From the human T2T-CHM13v2.0 reference genome, Homo sapiens, in the NCBI RefSeq assembly GCF_009914755.1, contig NC_060948.1: 64,000 bases of DNA. One strand, written 5' to 3'. Below are positions 38,541 to 52,781 of this stretch, one piece after another. The position numbers were made by a program, and so were the translations under genes. The notes beneath the pieces are model-generated. The model saw only the letters and a list, made by a program, of their open reading frames with translations. It was not told the origin of the DNA and searched no databases. The first letter of the stretch is position 1. Each line of letters opens with the position of its first letter.

Positions 38541-41500
38541 GGCCTGGAATAAAGTGGAAAGCTACGGTCTCGAGTGGAATAAAAATGTATGGATTGGAAT
38601 GCAATGAAACGGAATCGAATGTCATAGAATGTAATGGAATGCAAAAAAATGGAATCCGAAATCATTGACTGGAAAGGCTGGGTGTCGAAAGGAATTGACT
38701 CCAATGGAATGGAATCGAATGGAATGGAAGTGAATAGAATCGAACTAAATCGAATGGAATGGAATTGATAGGAACGGAATGGAAAGGAATGCAATGATTT
38801 GGCATGGAATGGAATCGAATGGCATCGAATGGAATGGAATGGAATGCAATGGAATGGAATGTATTAGAATGTAATGAACTTTAATGGAATGTACTCGAAA
38901 GGATTTGACTGGAATGGAATGTTCTGGAAGTGAATGGACTCCAATGGAATGGATTCGAAAGGAATGGAATCGTACGGAATGGAATCTAATGGAATGGAAT
39001 TAAATGGAAATGAATCAAATTGAATAGCACGGAATTGAATTGAATGGAATGGAATGCAATGGAATCTAATGAAACGGAAAGGAAAGGAATGCAATGGAAT
39101 GGAATGGGCTGGAATGGAAAGGAATCGAAACGAATGGAATGGAATCGAACTGAAGAGACTGGAATGGAATGCACTGGAATGGAAGGGAGTGTAATGGAAG
39201 GTTCTCGAAAAAAATGGAATCGAATGGAATGGAATTGATTGGAACGGAATAGAGTCGAATGGAATTGAATGGAATGGAATGGACTAGAGTGAAATGGAAT
39301 CGAACCACAAGGAATGGACAGGAATAGAATGGTCTCGAATTGAATGGAATCGTATGGAATGGCATCAAACGGAATGGAATGGACAGCCACGGAATGGAAT
39401 GCACTCGAATGCAATGGAGTCGAAACTAATGGACTGGAATAGAATGGACTCGACTGGTACGGACTCCAATGGAATGGAATCGAATGGAAGGGAATCGAAC
39501 GGAATGGACTCGAAGGGAAAAGACTGCAATGGAACGGTCTCGAATGGAATGGAAATTAATGGAATGGAATGGAATCGAATGAAATGGAGTCAAAAGGAAT
39601 GGAATCGAATGGCAAGAAATCGAATGTAATGGAATCGCAAGGAATTGATATGAACGGAACGGAATGGAATGGAATCCAAAGGAATGGAATAGAATGGAAT
39701 GGAATCGAATGGAAAGGACTCGAATGGAAATCACTCGAATAGAATGCAATTTAATAAAATAGGATCAAATGTAATGGAATGGAATGGAAAGGAATCGAAA
39801 CGAAAGGAATGGAGACAGATGGAATGGAATGGAGCAGATAGCAATGGTATACAATGGAATGGAATCATCTGGAATGGAATTGAATGGAATGGAATAATAT
39901 GAAATGGAATGGAATGGAATGGAATGGAATGCCCTTGAATTAAATGGACTGGACTCGAACAGAGTGGAATGGAAAGTGTTGAGATAGAATGGAATGGACT
40001 CCTTTGGAATGGTCTAGTATGCAATGCAATGGACTGGCAGGGAATCAAAAGGAATGTAATGGAATGGATTGGACTGGAATGCAATGGACTCGAATAGATT
40101 GGAAACGGAATGCAAAGGCATGGAATGGAATAGTATGGAATGGAATGGAAAGGAATGGAGTGGAATAGACTAGAGTGGAATGGAATGGACTGGAAAGCAA
40201 TGGACTGGAATGAAACTTTCTTGAATGGACTGGAATCAAACGGAATGGAATGCAATGCAATCAAATGGCATGGAATAAGATAGAATGAAAGAGAATCAAA
40301 TGGAATTGAATCGAATGGAATCGAATGGATTGGAAAGGAATAGAATGGAATGGAATGGAATTGACTCAAATGGAATGGACTAGAATGGAATGGATTCGAA
40401 TGGAAGGCAAAGGAATGGAATCTATTGGAATGGACTGTAATGGAATGGAATGGAAGGGATTGGAATGGACTCGAATGGAATGGACTGTAATAGAAAGGAT
40501 TCGAATGGAATGAAAAAGAATTGAATGGAATAGAACAGAATGGAATCAAATCGAATGAAATGGAATGGAATAGAAAGGAATGGAATGAAATGGAATGGAA
40601 AGGATTCGAATGGAATGCAATCGAATGGAATGGAATCGAACGGAATGGAATAAAATGGAAGAAAACTGGCAAGAAATGGAATCGAAATGAATGGAGTGTT
40701 ATGGAACGGACTCAAAAGGAATTGAATGTAATAGAATGGAGTGGAGTGGACTCGAATATAATGGACTGGAATGGAATGAAATCACATGGAATGGGAACGA
40801 ATGGAATGGAATGGAAAGGAATGGAATCGAATGGAAAGGAATCGAACGGAAGGGAATGAAATTGAATCAACAGGAATGGAAGGGAATAGAATAGACTGTA
40901 ATGGAATGGACACGAATAGAATGGACACGAATGCTCAAATTGAATGGACTCGAATGGAATGGAAAGGAAAGGAAAGTCATCGAATGGAATTGAATCGATT
41001 GGAATGAAATCGCATAGAATGGAGTGGAATCAAATGGAATTGAATCGAAAGGAAAGGAAGCGAATGGACTGAAATGAAATGGAATGGAATTGAATGGAAA
41101 GTAATGCAATGGAATAGAATGGAACGAAATTTCACGGAATGGAATCAAACTGAATGGAATCAAATCAATGGAATCTAATCAAATTGAATGGAAAGGAATT
41201 GAATTTAGTATATTGGATTGGATGGGATTGGAATGAAATGTACTGGAAAGGACTCGAATTTCATGAAACGGAATGGAATGAATTGGAACGGAATGGACTC
41301 GAATGGAATGGAATGACATGGAATGGCATCAAATGGAATGGCATCAAATGGAATGGAATCGAATAAAATGGAATGCTATGGAATGGAATGGAATGCATTG
41401 GAATGGAATGTCCTCTAATGGAATGGATTCGAGTGGAATGGAATCGAATATAATGGAGTCGAATGAAATGGAATTGAAAGGAATGGGATCGAATAGAATG

Positions 41501-42094
41501 GAATATACTGGAATGTAATGTAATGAACTCGAATGTAATTGACTGGAATGGAATGTACATGAATGGAATGTAATCGAATATAAAGTAATCCAATGGAATA
41601 GAATCTAATGCAATAAAATCGACTCAGATAGAGTAGAATGTAATGGAATGGAGTGCAGTGCAATGGAATGGAATGGAATGGAATGCAATGGAATGGAATG
41701 GAATGGAATGGAATGGAATGGGATGGAATGGGGTGGAATGGTATGGAATGGATAGTAATGGACTGGAGTGAAATGGACTGGAAAGGAATGGACTCAAATT
41801 GAAAGGGCTCGAAAGGAATGGAGACAAATGAAATGGTCTGGAATGGAATGAACACGAATGTAATGCAATCCAATAGAATGGAGTCGAATGGCATGGAATA
41901 TAAAGAAATGGAATCGAAGAGAATGGAAACAAATGGAATGGAATTGAATGGAATGGAATTGAATGGAATGGGAAGGAATGGAGTGAAATTGTATGCAGTA
42001 GAAGAGAATAGAATGGAATGCAAGCGAAAGGAAAGGAATGGATTGGAATGGAATGGAATTCATTGGAATGGAAGGGAATGTAGTGTAATGGACA
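38541..42094 (+). repeat. DYZ1 unit, 3,554 bp
   Basis: GGCC-to-GGCC interval. Confidence 0.88.
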
Positions 42095-45000
42095 GGCCTG
42101 GAATAAAGTGGAATGCTACGGTCTCGAATAGAATAAAAATGTATGGAATGGAATGCAATGAAACGGAATCGAATGTCATAGAATGTAATGGAATGCAAAA
42201 AAATGGAATCCAAAATCATTGACTGGAAAGGCTGGGTGTCGAAAGGAATTGACTCCAATGGAATGGAATCGAATGGAATGGAAGTGAATAGAATCGAACT
42301 AAATCGAATGGAATGGAATTGATAGGAACGGAATGGAAAGGAATGCAATGATTTGGCATGGAATGGAATCGAATGGCATCGAATGGAATGGAATGGAATG
42401 CAATGGAATGGAATGTATTAGAATGTAATGAACTTTAATGGAATGTACTCGAATGGATTCGACTGGAATGGAATGTTCTGGAAGTGAATGGACTCCAATG
42501 GAATGGATTCCAAAGGAATGGAATCGTACGGAATGGAATCTAATGGAATGGAATTAAATGGAAATGAATCAAATTGAATAGCACGGAATTGAATTGAATG
42601 GAATGGAATGCAATGGAATCTAATGAAACGGAAAGGAAAGGAATGGAATGGAATGGAATGGGCTGGAATGGAAAGGAATCGAAACGAATGGAATGGAATC
42701 GAACTGAAGAGACTGGAATGGAATGCACTGGAATGGAAGGGAGTGTAATGGAAGGTTCTCGAAAAAAATGGAATCGAATGGAATGGAATTGAATGGAACG
42801 GAATAGAGTCGAATGGAATTGAATGGAATGGAATGGACTAGAGTGAAATGGAATCGAACCACAAGGAATGGACAGGAATAGAATGGTCTCGAATTGAATG
42901 GAATCGTATGGAATGGCATCAAACGGAATGGAATGGACAGCCACGGAATGGAATGCACTCGAATGCAATGGAGTCGAAACTAATGGACTGGAATAGAATG
43001 GATTCGACTGGTACGGACTCCAATGGAATGGAATCGAATGGAAGGGAATCGAACGGAATGGACTCGAAGGGAAAAGACTGCAATGGAAAGGTCTCGAATG
43101 GAATGGAAATTAATGGAATGGAATGGAATCGAATGAAATGGAGTCAAAAGGAATGGAATCGAATGGCAAGAAATCAAATGTAATGGAATCGCAAGGAATT
43201 GATGTGAACGGAACGGAATGGAATGGAATCCAAAGGAATGGAATAGAATGGAATGGAATCGAATGGAAAGGACTCGAATGGAAATCACTCGAATAGAATG
43301 CAATTTAATAAAATAGGATCAAATGTAATGGAATGGAATGGAAAGGAATCGAAACGAAAGGAATGGAGACAGATGGAATGGAATGGAACAGAGAGCAATG
43401 GTATAGAATGGAATGGAATCATCTGGAATGGAATTGAATGGAATGGAATAATATGAAATGGAATGGAATGGAATGGAATGGAATGGAATGCCCTTGAATT
43501 AAATGGAATGGACTCGAACAGAGTGGAATGGAAAGTGTTGAGATAGCATGGAATGGACTCCTTCGGAATGGTCTAGTATGCAATGCAATCGACTGGCAGG
43601 GAATCAAAAGGAATGTAATCGAATGGATTGGACTGGAATGCAATGGACTCGAATAGATTGGAAACGGAATGCAAAGGAATGGAATGGAATAGTATGGAAT
43701 GGAATGGAAAGGAATGGAGTGGAATAGACTAGAGTGGAATGGAATGGACTGGAAAGCAATGGACTGGAATGGAACTTTCTTGAATGGACTGGAATCAAAC
43801 GGAATGGAATGCAATGCAATCAAATGGCATGGAATAAAATACAATGAAAGAGAATCAAATGGAATTGAATCGAATGGAATCGAATGGATTGGAAAGGAAT
43901 AGAATGGAATGGAATGGAATTGACTCAAATGGAATGGACTAGAATGGAATGGATTCGAATGGAAGGCAAAGGAATGGAATCTATTGGAATGGACTGTAAT
44001 GGAATGGAATGGAAGGGATTGGAATGGACTCGAATGCAATGGACTGCAATAGAAAGGATTCGAATGGAATGAAAAAGAATTGAATGGAATAGAACAGAAT
44101 GGAATCAAATCGAATGAAATGGAATGGAATAGAAAGGAATGGAATGAAATGGAATGGAAAGGATTCGAATGGAATGCAATCGAATGGAATGGAATCGAAC
44201 GGAATGGAATAAAATGGAAGAAAACTGGCAAGAAATGGAATCGAAATGAATGGAGTGTTATGGAACGGACTCAAAAGGAATTGAATGTAATAGAATGGAG
44301 TGGAGTGGACTCGAATATAATGGACTGGAATGGAATGAAATCACATGGAATGGGAACGAATGGAATGGAATGGAAAGGAATGGAATCGAATGGAAAGGAA
44401 TCGAACGGAAGGGAATAAAATTGAATCAACAGGAATGGAAGGGAATAGAATAGACGGTAATGGAATGGACTCGAATAGAATGGACACGAATGCTCAAATT
44501 GAATGGACTCGAAAGGAATGGAAAGGAAAGGAATGTCATCGAATGGAATTGAATCGATTGGAATGAAATCGCATAGAATGGAGTGGAATCAAATGGAATT
44601 GAATCGAAAGGAAAGGAAGCGAATGGACTGAAATGAAATGGAATGGAATTGAATGGAAATTAATGCAATGGAATAGAATGGAACGAAATTTCACGGAATG
44701 GAATCAAACTGAATGGAATCAAATCAATGGAATCTAATCAAATGGAATGGAAAGGAATTGAATGGAGTAGATTGGATTGGATGGGATTGGAATGAAATGT
44801 ACTGGAAAGGACTCGAATTTCATGAAACGGAATGGAATGAATTGGAACGGAATGGACTCGAATGGAATGGAATGTCATGGAATGGCATCAAATGGAATGG
44901 CATCAAATGGAATGGAATCGAATGCAATGGAATGCTATGGAATGGAATGGAATGCATTGGAATGGAATGTCCTCTAATGGAATGGATTCGAGTGGAATGG

Positions 45001-45658
45001 AATCGAATATAATGGAGTCGAATGAAATGGAATTGAAAGGAATGGGATCGAATACAATGGAATATACTGGAATGAAATGTAATGAACTCGAATGTAATTG
45101 ACTGGAATGGAATGTACATGAATGGAATGTAATCGAATGGAAAGTAATCCAATGGAATAGAATCTAATGCAATAAAATCGACTCAGATAGAGTAGAATGT
45201 AATGGAATGGAGTGCAGTGCAATGGAATGGAATGGAATGGAATGGAATGGAATGGAATGGAATGGAATGCAATGGAATGGAATGGAATGGAATGGGATGG
45301 AATGGTATGGAATGGATAGTAATGGACTGGAGTGAAATGGACTGGAAAGGAATGGACTCAAATTGAAAGGGCTCGAAAGGAATGGAGTCAAATGGAATGG
45401 TCTGGAATGGAATGAACACGAATGTAATGCAATCCAATAGAATGGAATCGAATGGCATGGAATATAAAGAAATGGAATCGAAGAGAATGGAAACAAATGG
45501 AATGGAATTGAATGGAATGGAATTGAATGGAATGGGAACGAATGGAGTGAAATTGTATGCAGTAGAAGAGAATAGAATGGAATGCAAGCGAAAGGAAAGG
45601 AATGGATTGGAATGGAATGGAATTCATTGGAATGGAAGGGAATGTAGTGTAATGGACA
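42095..45658 (+). repeat. DYZ1 unit, 3,564 bp
   Basis: GGCC-to-GGCC interval; canonical length. Confidence 0.9.
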
Positions 45659-48600
45659 GGCCTGGAATAAAGTGGAATGCTACGGTCTCGAATGGAATAA
45701 AAATGTATGGAATGGAATGCAATGAAACGGAATCGAATGTCATAGAATGTAATGGAATGCAAAAAAATGGAATCCAAAATCATTGACTGGAAAGGCTGGG
45801 TGTCGAAAGGAATTGACTCCAATGGAATGGAATCGAATGGAATGGAAGTGAATAGAATCGAACTAAATCAAATGGAATGGAATTGATAGGAACGGAATGG
45901 AAAGGAATGCAATGATTTGGCATGGAATGGAATCGAATGGCATCGAATGGAATGGAATGGAATGCAATGGAATGGAATGTATTAGAATGTAATGAACTTT
46001 AATGGAATGTACTCGAATGGATTCGACTGGAATGGAATGTTCTGGAAGTGAATGGACTCCAATGGAATGGATTCAAAAGGAATGGAATCGTACGGAATGG
46101 AATCTAATGGAATGGAATTAAATGGAAATGAATCAAATTGAATAGCACGGAATTGAATTGAATGGAATGAAATGCAATGGAATCTAATGAAACGGAAAGG
46201 AAAGGAATGGAATGGAATGGAATGGGCTGGAATGGAAAGGAATCGAAACGAATGGAATGGAATCGAACTGAAGAGACTGGAATGGAATGCACTGGAATGG
46301 AAGGGAGTGTAATGGAAGGTTCTCGAAAGAAATGGAATGGAATGGAATGGAATTGAATGGAACGGAATAGAGTCGAATGGAATTGAATGGAATGGAATGG
46401 ACTAGAGTGAAATGGAATCGAACCACAAGGAATGGACAGGAATAGAATGGTCTCGAATTGAATGGAATCGTATGGAATGGCATCAAACGGAATGGAATGG
46501 ACAGCCACGGAATGGAATGCACTCGAATGCAATGGAGTCGAAACTAATGGACTGGAATAGAATGGACTCGACTGGTACGGACTCCAATGGAATGGAATCG
46601 AATGGAAGGGAATCGAACGGAATGGACTCGAAGGGAAAAGACTGCAATGGAAAGGTCTCGAATGGAATGGAAATTAATGGAATGGAATGGAATCGAATGA
46701 AATGGAGTCAAAAGGAATGGAATCGAATGGCAAGAAATCGAATGTAATGGAATCGCAAGGAATTGATGTGAACGGAACGGAATGGAATGGAATCCAAAGG
46801 AATGGAATAGAATGGAATGGAATCGAATGGAAAGGACTCGAATGGAAATCACTCGAATAGAATGCAATTTAATAAAATAGGATCAAATGTAATGGAATGG
46901 AATGGAAAGGAATCGAAACGAAAGGAATGGAGACAGATGGAATGGAATGGAACAGAGAGCAATGGTATAGAATGGAATGGAATCATCTGGAATGGAATTG
47001 AATGGAATGGAATAATATGAAATGGAATGGAATGGAATGGAATGGAATGGAATGGAATGCCCTTGAATTAAATGGACTGGAATGGAATGGACTCGAACAG
47101 AGTGGAATGGAAAGTGTTGAGATAGAATTGAATGGACTCCTTTGGAATGGAGTAGTATGCAATGCAATCGACTGGCAGGGAATCAAAAGGAATGTAATCG
47201 AATGGATTGGACTGGAATGCAATGGACTCGAATAGATTGGAAACGGAATGCAAAGGAATGGAATGGAATAGTATGGAATGGAATGGAAAGGAATGGAGTG
47301 GAATAGACTAGAGTGGAATGGAATGGACTGGAAAGCAATGGACTGGAATGGAACTTTCTTGAATGGACTGGAATCAAACGGAATGGAATGCAATGCAATC
47401 AAATGGCATGGAATAAAATAGAATGAAAGAGAATCAAATGGAATTGAATCGAATGGAATCGAATGGATTGGAAAGGAATAGAATGGAATGGAATGGAATT
47501 GACTCAAATGGAATGGACTAGAATGGAATGGATTCGAATGGAAGGCAAAGGAATGGAATCTATTGGAATGGACTGTAATGGAATGGAATGGAAAGGATTG
47601 GAATGGACTCGAATGGAATGGACTGCAATAGAAAGGATTCGAATGGAATGAAAAAGAATTGAATGGAATAGAACAGAATGGAATCAAATCGAATGAAATG
47701 GAATGGAATAGAAAGGAATGGAATGAAATGGAATGGAAAGGATTCGAATGGAATGCAATCGAATGGAATGGAATCGAACGGAATGGAATAAAATGGAAGA
47801 AAACTGGCAAGAAATGGAATCGAAATGAATGGAGTGTTATGGAACGGACTCAAAAGGAATTGAATGTAATAGAATGGAGTGGAGTGGACTCGAATATAAT
47901 GGACTGGAATGGAATGAAATCACATGGAATGGGAACGAATGGAATGGAATGGAAAGGAATGGAATCGAATGGAAAGGAATCGAATGGAAGGGAATGAAAT
48001 TGAATCAACAGGAATGGAAGGGAATAGAATAGACGGTAATGGAATGGACTCGAATAGAATGGACACGAATGCTCAAATTGAATGGACTCGAATGGAATGG
48101 AAACGAAAGGAATGTCATCGAATGGAATTGAATCGATTGGAATGAAATCGCATAGAATGGAGTGGAATCAAATGGAATTGAATCGAAAGGAAAGGAAGCG
48201 AATGGACTGAAATGAAATGGAATGGAATTGAATGGAAAGTCATGCAATGGAATAGAATGGAACGAAATTTCACGGAATGGAATCAAACTGAATGGAATCA
48301 AATCAATGGAATCAAATCAAATGGAATGGAAAGGAATTGAATGCAGTAGATTGGATTGGATGGGATTGGAATGAAATGTACTGGAAAGGACTCGAATTTC
48401 ATGAAACGGAATGGAATGAATTGGAACGGAATGGACTCGAATGGAATGGAATGTCATGGAATGGCATCAAATGGAATGGCATCAAATGGAATGGAATCGA
48501 ATGCAATGGAATGCTATTTAATGGAATGGAATGCATTGGAATGGAATGTCCTCTAATGGAATGGATTCGAGTGGAATGGAATCGAATATAATGGAGTCGA

Positions 48601-49222
48601 ATGAAATGGAATTGAAAGGAATGGGACCGAATACAATGGAATATACTGCAATGTAATGTAATGAACTGGAATGTAATTGACTGGAATGGAATGTACATGA
48701 ATGGAATGTAATCGAATGGAAAGTAATCCAATGGAATAGAATCTAATGCAATAAAATCGACTCAGATAGAGTAGAATGTAATGGAATGGAGTGCAGTGCA
48801 ATGGAATGGAATGAAATGGAATGCAATGGAATGGAATGGAATGCAATGGAATGGAATGGAATGGAATGGAATGGGATGGAATGCTATGGAATGTATAGTA
48901 ATGGACTGGAGTGAAATGGACTGGAAAGGAATGGACTCAAATTGAAAGGGCTCGAAAGGAATGGAGTCAAATGGAATGGTCTGGAATGGAATGAACACGA
49001 ATGTAATGCAATCCAATAGAATGGAATCGAATGGCATGGAATATAAAGAAATGGAATCGAATAGAATGGAAACAAATGGAATGGAATTGAATGGAATGGG
49101 AACGAATGGAGTGAAATTGTATGCAGTAGAAGGGAATAGAATGGAATGCAAGCGAAAGGAAAGGAATGGATTGGAATGGAATGGAATTCATTGGAATGGA
49201 AGGGAATGTAGTGTAATGGACA
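45659..49222 (+). repeat. DYZ1 unit, 3,564 bp
   Basis: GGCC-to-GGCC interval; canonical length. Confidence 0.9.
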
Positions 49223-52200
49223 GGCCTGGAATAAAGTGGAATGCTACGGTCTCGAATGGAATAAAAATGTATGGAATGGAATGCAATGAAACGGAATCGA
49301 ATGTCATAGAATGTAATGGAATGCAAAAAAATGGAATCCAAAATCATTGACTGGAAAGGCTGGGTGTCGAAAGGAATTGACTCCAATGGAATGGAATCGA
49401 ATGGAATGGAAGTGAATAGAATCGAACTAAATCGAATGGAATGGAATTGATAGGAACGGAATGGAAAGGAATGCAATGATTTGGCATGGAATGGAATCGA
49501 ATGGCATCGAATGGAATGGAATGGAATGCAATGGAATGGAATGTATTAGAATGTAATGAACTTTAATGGAATGTACTCGAATGGATTCGACTGGAATGGA
49601 ATGTTCTGGAAGTGAATGGACTCCAATGGAATGGATTCAAAAGGAATGGAATCGTACGGAATCGAAACTAATGGAATGGAATTAAATGGAAATGAATCAA
49701 ATTGAATAGCACGGAATTGAATTGAATGGAATGGAATGCAATGGAATCTAATGAAACGGAAAGGAAAGGAATGGAATGGAATGGAATGGGCTGGAATGGA
49801 AAGGAATCGAAACGAATGGAATGGAATCGAACTGAAGAGACTGGAATGGAATGCACTGGAATGGAAGGGAGTGTAATGGAAGGTTCTCGAAAAAAATGGA
49901 ATCGAATGGAATGCAATTGAATGGAACGGAATAGAGTCGAATGGAATTGAATGGAATGGAATGGACTAGAGTGAAATGGAATCGAACCACAAGGAATGGA
50001 CAGGAATAGAATGGTCTCGAATTGAATGGAATCGTATGGAATGGCATCAAACGGAATGGAATGGACAGCCACGGAATGGAATGCACTCGAATGCAATGGA
50101 GTCGAAACTAATGGACTGGAATAGAATGGACTCGACTGGTACGGACTCCAATGGAATGGAATCGAATGGAAGGGAATCGATCGGAATGGACTCGAAGGGA
50201 AAAGACTGCAATGGAAAGGTCTCGAATGGAATGGAAATTAATGGAATGGAATGGAATCGAATGAAATGGAGTCAAAAGGAATGCAATCGAATGGCAAGAA
50301 ATCGAATGTAATGGAATCGCAAGGAATTGATGTGAACGGAACGGAATGGAATGGAATCCAAAGGAATGGAATAGAATGGAATGGAATCGAATGGAAAGGA
50401 CTCAAATGGAAATCACTCGAATAGAATGCAATTTAATAAAATAGGATCAAATGTAATGGAATGGAATGGAAAGGAATCGAAACTAAAGGAATGGAGACAG
50501 ATGGAATGGAATGGAACAGAGAGCAATGGTATAGAATGGAATGGAATCATCTGGAATGGAATTGAATGGAATGGAATAATATGAAATGGAATGGAATGGA
50601 ATGGAATGGAATGCCCTTGAATTAAATGGACTGGAATGGAATGGACTCGAACAGAGTGGAATGGAAAGTGTTGAGATAGAATGGAATGGACTCCTTTGGA
50701 ATGGTCTAGTATGCAATGCAATCGACTGGCAGGGAATCAAAAGGAATGTAATCGAATGGATTGGACTGGAATGCAATGGACTCGAATAGATTGGAAACGG
50801 AATGCAAAGGAATGGAATGGAATAGTATGGAATGGAATGGAAAGGAATGGAGTGGAATAGATTAGAGTGGAATGGAATGGACTGGAAAGCAATGGACTGG
50901 AATGGAACTTTCTTGAATGGACTGGAATCAAACGGAATGGAATGCAATGCAATCAAATGGCATGGAATAAAATAGAATGAAAGAGAATCAAATGGAATTG
51001 AATCGAATGGAATCGAATGGATTGGAAAGGAATAGAATGGAATGGAATGGAATTGACTCAAATGGAATGGACTAGAATGGAATGGATTCGAATGGAAGGC
51101 AAAGGAATGGAATCTATTGGAAGGGACTGTAATGGAATGGAATGGAAGGGATTGGAATGGACTCGAATGGAATGGACTGCAATAAAAAGGATTCGAATGG
51201 AATGAAAAAGAATTGAATGGAATAGAACAGAATGGAATCAAATCGAATGAAATGGAATGGAATAGAAAGGAATGGAATGAAATGGAATGGAAAGGATTCG
51301 AATGGAATGCAATCGAATGGAATGGAATCGAACGGAATGGAATAAAATGGAAGAAAACTGGCAAGAAATGGAATCGAAATGAATGGAGTGTTATGGAACG
51401 GACTCAAAAGGAATTGAATGTAATAGAATGGAGTGGAGTGGACTCGAATATAATGGACTGGAATGGAATGAAATCACATGGAATGGGAACGAATGGAATG
51501 GAATGGAAAGGAATGGAATCGAATGGAAAGGAATCGAATGGAAGGGAATGAAATTGAATCAACAGGAATGGAAGGGAATAGAATAGACGGTAATGGAATG
51601 GACTCGAATAGAATGGACACGAATGCTCAAATTAAATGGACTCGAATGGAATGGAAACGAAAGGAATGTCATCGAATGGAATTGAATCGATTGGAATGAA
51701 ATCGCATAGAATGGAGTGGAATCAAATGGAATTGAATCGAAAGGAAAGGAAGCGAATGGACTGAAATGAAATGGAATGGAATTGAATGGAAAGTAATGCA
51801 ATGGAATAGAATGGAACGAAATTTCACGGAATGGAATCAAACTGAATGGAATCAAATCAATGGAATCAAATCAAATGGAATGGAAAGGAATTGAATGGAG
51901 TAGATTGGATTGGATGGGATTGGAATGAAATGTACTGGAAAGGACTCGAATTTCATGAAACGGAATGGAATGAATTGGAACGGAATGGACTCGAATGGAA
52001 TGGAATGTCATGGAATGGCATCAAATGGAATGGCATCAAATGGAATGGAATCGAATGCAATGGAATGCTATGGAATGGAATGGAATGCATTGGAATGGAA
52101 TGTCCTCTAATGGAATGGATTCGAGTGGAATGGAATCGAATATAATGGAGTCGAATGAAATGGAATTGAAAGGAATGGGATCGAATACAATGGAATATAC

Positions 52201-52781
52201 TGGAATGTAATGTAATGAACTCGAATGTAATTGACTGGAATGGAATGTACATGAATGGAATGTAATCGAATGGAAAGTAATCCAATGGAATAGAATCTAA
52301 TGCAATAAAATCGACTCAGATAGAGTAGAATGTAATGGAATGGAGTGCAGTGCAATGGAATGGAATGGAATGGAATGCAATGGAATGGAATGGAATGGAA
52401 TGGAATGGAATGGAATGGAATGGGATGGGATGGGATGGAATGGTATGGAATGGATAGTAATGGACTGGAGTGAAATGGACTGGAAAGGAATGGACTCAAA
52501 TTGAAAGGGCTCGAAAGGAATGGAGTCAAATGGAATGGTCTGGAATGGAATGAACACGAATGTAATGCAATCCAATAGAATGGAATCGAATGGCATGGAA
52601 TATAAAGAAATGGAATCGAAGAGAATGGAAACAAATGGAATGGAATTGAATGGAATGGGAACGAATGGAGTGAAATTGTATGCAGTAGAAGGGAATAGAA
52701 TGGAATGCAAGCGAAAGGAAAGGAATGGATTGGAATGGAATGGAATTCATTGGAATGGAAGGGAATGTAGTGTAATGGACA
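49223..52781 (+). repeat. DYZ1 unit, 3,559 bp
   Basis: GGCC-to-GGCC interval. Confidence 0.9.
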
